Of a DNA stretch of 64,000 bases, positions 23,501 through 35,500 are shown piece after piece. The notes below the pieces were generated by a model that was not told the origin of the DNA, did not search any database, and saw nothing but the letters and a program-made list of their open reading frames with translations. Source of the stretch: Owenia fusiformis (Eukaryota); the NCBI GenBank assembly GCA_903813345.2, contig CAIIXF020000001.1, positions 20,460,001 to 20,524,000 of the forward strand. The letters run 5' to 3'. The translations under genes and the position numbers were made by a program. Every line of letters begins with the position of its first letter. Within the stretch, counting starts at the first letter, position 1.

Positions 23501-26500
23501 TACTTTGTTTCAACATTAAGTTCAACGCTGTGCCGTAAGTGGCAGTGGTGGATCATTCTGTTGTTACTTTGTTTCAACATTAAGTCCAAGGTTGTAGGTG
23601 ACATTTCCTTTATAATTCTTACAAAACATGCGGTAGGACTACAACAGTAGGTACGGTAGTCCATTGTATTCATCAGCTCTTCTCACCTTTACGCCCACTG
23701 GGCCAAAAATCGAAACTTATACGCCCATGGGCGAAAAATAAGAGGTAAAATAACAGACGAAATTACCCCTTCTTTCAGTTATACGCCTGGGGCTTATATG
23801 CGAGAAAATCCGGTAAGTCAAACAAAGTGAGGGAAGGGTGTTTTTAAAATGTAAAATGAAAAGGTTTTTCATTTCAACATTAAAATAAGCTTATGAAAGT
23901 TAGAAAATGCCAGAATTTTTTAACTCTGCATTGAAAAACTAAAATCTTCACTTTAAAATGGCATCATGTTTTGCCACTTTATCTTGACACTGATAACTTA
24001 ACTGTAAAGGCTGTAAAGGAAAAGTGAAAGTAAGGAAAGTGTTTTCAAACTACAATGACTAATAATTATTACTTATACAGTGAAAACCTGTCTTGTTGAA
24101 CACCTCTCTCTAGTGAACACCCCAGTAGACACCCTTCCTAATTACATATTCTGCTGAATTATGTATAAATTAACCTATCTGTAGTAAACATCTACCGACA
24201 CTGAACACTTTTACTCATCAAACACTATATACTATATTACTCATACTCAGGGGTTTCATTGGCAGAAGGCAACAGACGATTTATGATTTCCATTAATTTT
24301 GCTTGTTGTTTTCATTTATTTAGTCTGTTGTGAGAAATTCTAGTGAAACCCCTGCATACTGTCCCACTTGGGCGAGAGGATACCTCCCAATTAAGGTCCC
24401 ATTTATAGCATTTTAATACCTTTTTACCCCCCCCCCCTTTCCCAGATTTTTTTAGATTTGAAACCGAGCCTAGAATTGAAAGCTCTTGTAGTGTAATAAT
24501 GACAGAAATGCTATGTCATATCTAGTCTACACCAAGCATAGATCTCATTTCTCATATTATATAAATACATGTACTTTGAAGAATAAGTGCTAAATGCATA
24601 TTTTAGTAAAATTCAAAGTTTTTTAGTCAAAGTCAAGCTATTTTTATAAAAACAAATTTTTTCTTGTTTTTTTAATATGGGGATGTTGTGCTGAGATGTT
24701 CAGAATGCACCGGGGTCTAAATTTGAAAATTTTCTAGGGACATGCCCCCCCCCCCTGATCTACGCACGTCTCATCCATATCCAAGCAAATCCTTCTGAGG
24801 CCCCTGTTTAGTGTAGTAAAATCCCTACAAATGTTAGCCATTCCAAATCTTGTAGTTCGACAAAATGATGGACAATTTCAAGACCTATAAATGCTGAATA
24901 ATTGCCAATATGAAGCATTGTTTCCAGTAATCAATCACTCTATTACATTGGGAAAAGCATCTAAGCCACTCTCCATCTCTATCCTTCTGCGATGCAACAG
25001 AGAGAGATGCTATGGGTATCAGAATGTGGGAAAAGTGTTTTGTAAAAGAAAACAAGAGAATTGGTAAGGGAAAATCTGATATATGACCTGATTTTCATCT
25101 TCAGTTCATCAAGGTATGCAACTAAAACAAAATGGTGGACAGTAAAAAAATTTTAACACCCAGAATGCTGAAAAAGGCAGATATGAAGCATTGCATGTTT
25201 CCAGTAATCAATCTCTTATTACATTGGTAAAAGTGTTTTGTCAAAGAAAACAAGAGAATTGGTAAGGAAACTGCTGACGTGGGTGAGGTTTGCCTTATCA
25301 ATGTCAAAAGTTAAAAAAAAAGCAAACCGAACCCACATTTATGGGGGTATTGCAGCCTTACCCCATTCCTCTTAGTGTTATGTTTCAGCACACATACACA
25401 TACAGTATGTGTAGAGGTCTTTGTATAGAACTCTCAAGTTGAGCTTACAAAATAATATGAAGGCATCAAGTGTCACATGGGCGTTAATAAAAAAGCTACA
25501 TTTAGTCATCAGATTGTTAGCAGTTATAGGCCAAAAGTGCTGTTACATTCCTGAGTAGACTATATAATATATTTTGCCAAGGCCACTAAGTACAGGCTAC
25601 AACTGAGTTCAGTACATAAACCATAACTAGCTTGCCTTGTTTGATGTTGATATAATACCATAGCACATAATGAGATACTGTATGTGTACCTACCTTTACT
25701 CAGTTTTGTGTATTTTCTATTTTGAAATCACAACATGGCTGCTGTTGTTTATATTGTATTTCTGTGTAATTACTCATCTCTACAGATGGCAGCACTTGTT
25801 TAAAAAATCAATAACAAGTTTCTGCTATGCATATACTGACCTGACATCTTTCTATAAGGGTGAAATGTTATATTCATAGAATTTAGAATTTATTAGGCAA
25901 AGCATCAGGGATTCAGGGCATGGCCAAACTATAATTATGCGAACTACATTTATAAACAGTAACATTAATCTAAAAAGATATTGTGTTGTGATGGTTGTGT
26001 TGTTATAGATTTCCTTTCTTAAAGGCCCCATGTAAAGTTTAAACCACCTTGGCCTATATTGTAGTCTTACCCAATGTTATCAAAGTGTGATATGTGAAAC
26101 TTTTTTTTTTAATTTCAAAAAGTGGTTTTTGATAGACTTTTTGTTCCAAAATTTGTGAATTTATTCAAAACCAACTTTTAGAGGTCACTCATATCTTCTA
26201 ATTAGCCACAATTCATACCAATGCATAGCATTCATCCTCCCATGTTTTTTGCCGAAAAAATTAAGAAAACCGGTTCATAAATAAGCGAGAAATGAACTTA
26301 TCAGTGCATGAAAATGGTTCTGAGAAAAATGCATTTCAAAATTTTAGTTCTCATAGAAACCAATGGTATAATGATATCTAAAACATAATTTATTCTTCCT
26401 TTTAACCTGGTTAGAAAATCAACATTGGTTTTTATGAAAGTCTAGCATATTTAGAAAAGATTGACATCGAATAAAAAATTTAAATTTTTTTCAAAAAGTT

Positions 26501-29500
26501 TTTGCTACCTTAGTGACATCACTAATGTTTGAAATTATTTTTGATATGCTAAAACATTGAAGTGGCCCATAAATATGGCATTTATTATTGAAATAGTGTG
26601 TCCTTTCTTCAATCTTTGCATTGGTGTTAAAGATATAAACTTTTTTGAAATGCATTTAGCAATATTTGATGATTAACCTCTTGAATCCCAGGCTCTAAAA
26701 TTGGCATGAAACCAGAGAATTTTTCATTTTTTGCCACCTTTTGACATTTTATTACATACCTATACCACCTTAGATGCTCAGCTTAGTAAAATTGGACGGC
26801 AGAGATCATTTCTACACGTTTTAAAACAATTTTTGTGTAAATTGGATGAAAATTGTTCAAATGAGAGCAATTTTTGTGAAAAATTTTGTGACGGATTTTC
26901 TCGTCCCTCTGGGCACCAGTCTTATTTCGTTTGTGACGGATATATCCGTCACTCTGGGTATTCAAGAGGTTAAGAAGTTCCAACTTTTTTTGAAAAATGG
27001 CGGGAAATTTGAATATTTGAGAAATGAAATGCTCACAACTATTTTTTCAAAAAATTTTTTTTGTTCAAAAATCTCTTAAATCACTTTTTAAGTCCTGACA
27101 AATAGTAAATGAATGATAGAAAAATATTTTCAAACTTTAGACGGGGACTTTAAAGCAGTTTTCTATGAAATGCAGGACTTCCTCCATATTTGATTTGTAT
27201 GACATAATGTATAGGAACTTGTTTTCCTCAGTTGTTAGAAAAGTCCTTGTTATTGAACGTTTGAATTTTATCTAATAAAACGGTGGTTTTTGCAGCTCAT
27301 AACAAAGTGCAGTTTTATTATTATTATATTTATTGCCCCTCCAATCATGGAGATAATATATCATTACAGTATATAATAAATGTAATAAAAATAAGGATTT
27401 ATAAAAATACAAAGACAAGTGGAAAGCATTGATACAGCAGAACCCTCCTGGTTAGCCCATGTTCTCCCCTGGGGGTCCCACTGCACCACTGTGCGAACCA
27501 TTACGATTTCAAAATGAGAAGGAAATTATATACAAAAGCAGTTGTCTAGGACATCACCAGGAGTGCCAATCACGCCTCTTTGTTGACATCCTGATTGGTG
27601 CTTCGTGTTACAGTATCACTCCATCCTTAGAATGTACATATTTTGCACAGCTGTTGAGATGCATTTAAGATCTTCGTTTGTTAGAGTCTCATCTCCTCCA
27701 AATATGCACCGTAGCTTCAGTATGTTAGTCATGTGTCTCCCATTGGGTATCCTATGTAATATATTTGTTATATTTGTCCTTAATGAGCAGTATCTGGGGC
27801 ATTCCAAGATGAAGTGCTCCAGAGTTTCAATGCGTTGCATGTCACACATTCCACATATGCGATCATACACCGGAATATTTTCCCATTCACCGGTAATAGC
27901 TCGGAGTTTTCCTTGACCCGTGAGCAGTCGTACCATCAGGGTGCATCTCTTAATGTATCTACAGTCCTGCCTAGCTATTTCCCACCAGGCAATCGGTTTT
28001 GTACCAGTGACTACAGTTCGGTATAATGTTAATTTATCATATGTAATAAGTTCTCTTCTCCACATGTTGCATTCAAAAGTCCTTACTATATTCCTAATAT
28101 ATCGTTTCCAGGTAGATTTTGGGGGAACTTCACCACTGTCCATCATTTCATATATCACGTTTGATATGCCAAACCGTGATGCGAGTGTCATTATGTCACC
28201 AATAGGTGACATTTTGTGTAGCGGGTTACTGTCATATCTGAACTTCGTGATACGCTTTATTGCTATGGTACGGAAGATCGAACCTGATACATGAGATAGA
28301 AGTTGTAGCAGGAACATCATTTTAGCCACTACTATAGTCGCCGTCATAGTATGCCAGCCTAGTTGGGGTAGGACAGCTGGGTCAGATGTGCTTACTGGCA
28401 GGCCTTGTAGTTGTTTGCATATACTTCTATGTCCCTGCTCGAGCATCTTATAATCGGTTTCACTGAGGGGGACAAGCTCCATTCCATACGTCATAGAAGG
28501 CATACTGACAGACCAATATAACTTAGACGCAGTGAGGGGGTTGGTTGGGTTCTGGGTGTGTGTTGTTGTCCCAACATATGCATTCATTGCTCTCTTTCCT
28601 TTTGATAGAGCAGACTCTATCAGTTCTCTATTACTGTTGTAGTTCGACATTGGAAGGCCGACATGTTGTGTTGTTTGGACTACATCTATTGTACGACCTC
28701 CAAGTTGTAAGTCTATTCCTGCCTGTTGAGTGGCACGACTATTACTAAATATGATGGCCTTACATTTGTCCGGATGATAATTGAAGCGCCATTTAATGCT
28801 ATACTGATGCATCATGTTTAAGATGTCTTGCATTGTCTTTTTATGATAGGCAATAATGACAGTATCATCAGCATAGGATGGACATGTACATAGTACATCA
28901 CCCACAGAGCACCCTTTACCAGAGTCAATCACATCTAAGAGAAGCCTATTCATATACTCCCCGTATAGCTCCATGGAGTACAATCCTCCCTGATGAACTC
29001 CCTGAGAGATCGGGAACTTATCTGAGAGTGTGACGTCATTTCCACACCTTACTGCGCACTGGTAGTCACTGTAGCATAGTCGCAACATCCTCCATAGCTT
29101 CCCATGTATCCCAAGATTAAAAAGCTTGTAGAAGAGGCCATTGTGCCACACCGTGTCGAAGGCCTTGCTAATGTCCATTGTGACCATTATGACGTCATTA
29201 CCACTTTCAAGGCCATTACATATGGCTTCTCTTGTCAGAAGCGATGTGTGGAGACATGACGTCATGGTCTTGTTTGCGGCCTGCATCTCTGACTTCGGCT
29301 CAATCCTATGGCACATCCTACTCCGCGTTACCATAATCTTTTCCCATAACTTCATGAAGGTCGTCATCAGCGTCAGGCCCCTATGGTTGTCCTTCTCCAA
29401 AATATCCTTGTTTCCTCCTTTAAAGATGGGGATTAGTACACCAAGTTTAAAGCTATCTGGGATGTGCTCCAGTCTTATTATATGGTTGTACAATGCTACA

Positions 29501-32500
29501 AGTATATTGGCAAGTGCGTCACCACCAAAGCGTAAATGTTCAGTGCTGATTTCATCCCACCCTGTAGCCTTGTTTCGAGAGAGGTTGTTAATTAAAGTAG
29601 TCATCTCTTTGTAGTTTATAGGATCATTTAACGCTTCATCATCATTGTTAAAACTGTCCTGCAGCATTTCTACTATTCTTGTGTTAATTACATGTTCATG
29701 ATTACTGTCAAAATTATCATTTGGCTTTATTGACATTAATGTTTTAAAATAATTCATCCATTCACTCCGGATCTCATCAGTCTGTGTTAAGATAATTCCG
29801 TCCTTATTACGTATAGAATAGCTACTATTACTCCGATTTCTCCGTCTCTTAACAATAAACCAAAATTGCTTCAAGCTTATCTCTCCCGCTCTGTCGATTT
29901 CCTCCTGACATTCCATCTCATACTTGTACTCAGCACGACGGATTTCCCGCCTGAATTGGCGCTTTGCAGTCTTATAGCGAATCCAGTGCTCATTCTCTTT
30001 GTTCCTTGGTCTTCCATTCAACTTCCACATCTTGAATGCTGACTTCTTGTCTGTAGATAACTGGCTCAGTGTATCAGACCAGTATGGCTTTAAGTGCTTC
30101 TTGAAAGACCTTCTAGGTATAGCATCAGCTGACACAGACTTTAAAACATCAGTCAGTTCATCAAACAGGGAATCAAGTAGTTCAGGCGTTACCTCAGACT
30201 TACTATTAATTAGCTTATCAGAGAGGGGTTTAAGAGATAGTGTCAAGGGAGCTGTATACCTCTCATAAAGCGCATTTGCATCAAGCTTGTCCCATGCTAG
30301 CTTCACTGGGTTACAATTGTCAGAGGAGGGTGTGATTGGCACTAAGGTAGATGTTTCTAGTACGACCTGCAAGGGTAAATGGTCAGAATTATTTATCAAT
30401 TCATCATCAATCACTTTTACAGTTTTAACTTTCTGAGCATATTCTTCTGAAACAAGGCAGTGATCAATGTAAGATCTTCCTACATTTTCTCTATAATATG
30501 TATACTCTGGGCCAGAACCCTTATCTGTTAAGTCAATCACATTTAAACTACATCGAATACACATATCATTTAACAATACACCGTTACTGTTCATCTTACC
30601 AGCACCTCGACCCCCATACAGGGGTCCTAGATTAACATTTAAGTCACCAATAATCAGTACATCACCGTCTTGTTTCATCGTCAATATCACATCTTCGAGC
30701 TCATCTAATACATCTGCAAAATTGGATGTTTTACAGTTACGTTGAGGCAAATATACAGATACAATGTACAGGATACAATGTACAATGTACAGTTCATCTT
30801 CAAGACAATTATCTGAACATTTTTAAATTTGCGATTATTTATATTTTTATTTTTGTATCTTCCTGCTTCAATCTCTAATGAATGCTCACTGAGTCTCAGT
30901 TTTGTAAATAGTTTTCTTTTTCAAAGTTATTTTCAGTAGTGAGATTTTCTTCAAGATGTATATTATTGAATTTTACATTATCATCATTTTACTATTAGTA
31001 TTTTGTTTGCTACCAGATCTGCAGAGCTTATTTTCACCTTCCACTGTTCATTGTATTTAATGTCTAATGCATGTATTTAATGCACTTTATTTAATGTGTA
31101 TTTTCAATTTTCCCCTTAAAATCATACATATATTTGCACTGACCTGTGCGTGCACTAAAGTGTATATCTAATATACTGGAAACCCTTACACCATTTTCCT
31201 AATATCTCTATTATTTTAAGAAATAACTTTGCACATTTGTACATCACTCAATTTCCTACCAGCCTACCATATTCCATGACCATCTGATTGATAGTCACCA
31301 TGTTACAGCACTTTAAAGAACATTCCAGGTGGCCACTATTTCGCTGAAGACCAACCTGCACATGTTGTCCAAAATGTCCCTACCTATGGGGATATGGCAG
31401 AGATAGAGTGTATAATAATGACCCCAGGACAATTGCAGACCTAAAAAGTGAGATCATCTGTATCATTCAGGCCATACCTGCTGAGGAATGCATTTGGATC
31501 ATTGACAGCTGTGCAGGTTTGCCTCCAGCGCAATAATGGCCAAACCTGAAGCATGTTGTTCAAAGTGCTGTAAAATTGTGACTATCAGTCTAATGGTCAT
31601 GAAATATGGTAGGGTGGTAGGAAATTGAATGATTTACAAATGTGTGAAATATCAGGGAGTAATTTCTTAAAATGACAATGATATGAAGAAAATGCAGGGT
31701 TTCCGTTTTTTTGACCACCCTGTAAAAAGATTATGAAAATACTTGGAACCATAGGCCAAGGGTAAGTAGTTAATCTACTTATGTAAGCTGAATATAGAAG
31801 ATGCTGTGAGTTTATATATTGAGCTAATACTAATTTTCCCTTGGTCTATGCTTGGGACCCTCATTTCTGTGATCAATACAATTTTAGTTTATGTCTTCTA
31901 TAAATTATTTTTTGAAAATGCCCAATAAAATAGATTCTAATGGTTCTGAATTCTATTATGATAGAATATTTAGCCATCTGCGTTCAGACATCAATAAGTC
32001 TGGATACCTTGGTCAGATTTTAAAATTTTTCATGTATCATTTTTTCAGTATTGCTCGATCATCTTTCTTTTGTTGAATCATAGTTTTTACAAATTAATGA
32101 GGCATGCATTTTGATTCTTTGTTTCACAGTGTCCAAATACTTTATATATTTCCAGGTTCCTCCATATGTGTTCTTCTTCATGTGTTGTGCCTCATACAGA
32201 ATCCACTCTATCTACATACTGCGTTTGTTTAATGACCCTGTTGCTATGGCATTCCTCTACTTAGCAGTGAATTTGTTCCTTGATGATCATTGGCTGCTAG
32301 GTTGTGCAATTTACAGGTAATGGTAATGTATTTATTTTTATGCATGTATGTTCCAAGACAAGTATTTTTAGACAAAGAAAATGTTTCAATACTACTTGTA
32401 TATGTTATATGACATGCACAGTATGAAGATCTGTTCCAAATTGATGTTTCACAGTTTTTATGACATTCTGTATTTGATTTTTGTGAAAATTTTTAATAAA

Positions 32501-35500
32501 CCTTATTGTCCGAACAAACAAATTTTGAGTAGGGATATTGACAAGTATTGTAGACAAAAAATATGTTTCAATACTATTCCTTCATATGTTATATGACATG
32601 AACATTATAAAGATCTGTCATTATGTTCCAAATTTATGTTCCATTATTATTCCATTCTGTACTTGATTTTTGTGAAAACCTTTACTAAACTTTATTATCC
32701 CTCCAAACAAATTTTGAGTAGGGAAATGCTCTTCATCAATCCATTCATTCTTCTGTTCATCTGTCAGGGTGATATCTGAAATACCAGTTGACAGATTTAG
32801 TTGAAATTGTATAAGCTAATGTTAGATTAAAGATGGCCACCACTTTTCACAAAAAGTGTAAACCTGGGAAGATCAAATACTAGTTCAAATTTTATGTGCT
32901 GATTATTTCTTACATGAAATGTTCAAAGTGGCGAGTGATTTGATAAAATATATTTTGCTTGAAGGGATTTAGTACTCCAGCTAGGGAGTTACTGTTTTTT
33001 CTAGTTATTAATCTTTCACTGTACTTTTAATCCTTTTTTGCTTCTTCTTTGTAGTATTGGAGTGTCAGTGAAAATGAATGTGTTGCTATTTGCCCCTGCC
33101 TTACTTATGCTTCTCCTATACACTCAGGGCCTTAATGGAACAATACTTCATTTAGCCTTATGTGCATCAATACAGGTAAGTAATAAATACATAGAGGTTA
33201 TACCTACTGTAGTACAGGCTTTGGTATGATATGAAAACTTCCCTCGGTCCCTCTAGTTCCTTAATTGGGATATCATATCATTCCTCTGGATAAGCCCAAT
33301 AAACAATCGTTCTGAGGATGACTTTTCAATACCATATTTTTTTTAATTTTTCACATTGAATTTTTTTTTTAATTTTAAATATTTTGGATTTAAAAAAAAT
33401 AATGATATTATCAATGATAATTACGGAATGTTTTTCAGATATATAGAAAAAAGTGTAGGCCTGCAGTATATCATTTTTTATCAAAGTGCTAATATTATTT
33501 TTAGTCTATTTATAAGATTATCTACATCTGTACATGGATATACTTATAGGTTCTGCATGCAAAGGATTGCATATCCATCTTATTGCACTGACCTGATATC
33601 ATCTTATTCTTTAATACAAGATTCCTCTCAATACATTTCTATTCTTTCAGCTTTTATTTGGACTTCCATTTCTTCTAGTCAATCCAGTTGGTTACATGAT
33701 GAGGTCGTTTGATTTGGGACGTCAATTTTTCTTCAAGTGGACAGTTAACTGGAGGTTCCTTCCTGAAGATCTGTTCCTCAATAGATACCTGCACGTATCA
33801 CTGCTTTTCCTCCACCTGGCTGTATTAGCTCTGTTCTATTTCTCCAGATGGTCCAAGTAAGTCCTTTTAAAGTATTTTAGCATGTAAGTCCATAATTAGT
33901 ATGTGAGACAATGCATGAGTTGCATGTTTCCAGCTCTAACAGAAGACTGAAGTGATGCATTAATTGTACAAAAAATCAGTATTATTGGATCTAATTGTAC
34001 AAAAAATCAGTTGTTAAACCAGGTATTGGATCCACTCATTAGACTAACCAAGCAATGTGTTAAAGGAGTAGTTAACCTAAATATTTTCTACTGGTAATAA
34101 TGCATAAACATCCTATTCAATACTGATTTCACTTATTGTCACAAACATTTGGTGTTTTGAAATACATGTAGTTTTAAAAATAATATTAGGAAACCTTATA
34201 ATGTTTAAATTATTGCAACATAAAAATAATAGTATTTAGACATAGTTTTTTAAAAGAAAATATATTTTTTTGTACCAGAAAAACTGCTTAACAGATTGAT
34301 TTGAATCAAGAACTGCTTTTGCCATGTTGGGTAAATAGCAATATTATTCATTGCATGGCTTGTTATCCCAACGAACGAAGTTCGTTAGGGATATAGTGAA
34401 GCACTCCGTCCGTCCGTCTGTGATGTAGATATTCAAATGTTGGTCTGAATTTATCTTTGTGGAAAGATTGTATGCTTCAGTTGCTCTTTAACAAAACATA
34501 TGGGACAGTGTATCTATATATTACAAGATGTCCGTCAGTCCGTCAGTCAGTCCGTCCGTCTGTCTGGAAGATAACTCAAATACTAGTTGACAGATTTTCT
34601 TCATATTTAGTGGAAAGATGTATATTGGTGAATAGTTTTACGCAAAAAAAACATTTTTCAAGATGGCCGCCGCTTTAAAAATGACGGGACTTTTTCGCAA
34701 AAATCATAAAGTTTTCATTCTAAACCAAAGTAATTAATATTAATGTTTGAAATTTTCGCAGTGTATTCACAACATTTATCTATTTAACATATATTCCGTG
34801 TTTTTCATCCTGGCCCCCAGGGGCCATGTATGGGGGGACAGGAAAACAGAAATTTTCGCACATTTTTAGATCTTTCTGAAGTATAGCTTTATTATACTCA
34901 AATGAAAGGCAATTAAGAGTAGATTGCAAATATTGTATCTTTTTTCTGATTCGAGCCTCGTAAAATTTAAAATGGCCGTCTAATGTACGATTTCGCAATA
35001 ATTTTTCGATCCCTTCAAAGTATGGCTATATTATACTCAAATTGAAGGAATTTTGGAGTAGATCACAATTATGGTATTATTTTTCAGATTTGTACCTCAG
35101 AAAATTCAAAATGGCTGCTTTGCAGGAATTCGCAATTCTAAAATTAAATTTTTTCATTTTCGACCAAAGTAATTAGTATAATTGATTGGAATTCGGTTAT
35201 TGATATTTTGTTCGTTGGGATTTGCTACTCCGCGGAGTTGCCGTTATCTAGTTTGAATTTTTTACTTGGATGCTTATATTTAATTAATATGTACAAGTAA
35301 CTTACTGTAATGAGTTACTAGTGTCAGCTTTTGACATTGTTGTCCTTTTTTATTTTTCAGAAAATATGGTGGCATTCTAAAACTGTTATCTTGGTCAAAA
35401 CCTAAAGTTACAGCTCTCAGTGCAAATGGTATCCTTTTGAAAAGTGTGAAGAGTAAAATATGTGCGATGAGTGCTTACTGTACTGTGGTTTTGCCATACC

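Noticed and set aside
27605..30268. Several + strand ORFs of 67-157 aa
   Set aside because: They are antisense shadows of the LINE ORF2.
27616..30750. Domesticated RT or retron-like system
   Set aside because: 5' truncation inside the endonuclease, a (TAA)n tail and a TSD indicate an ordinary LINE insertion.
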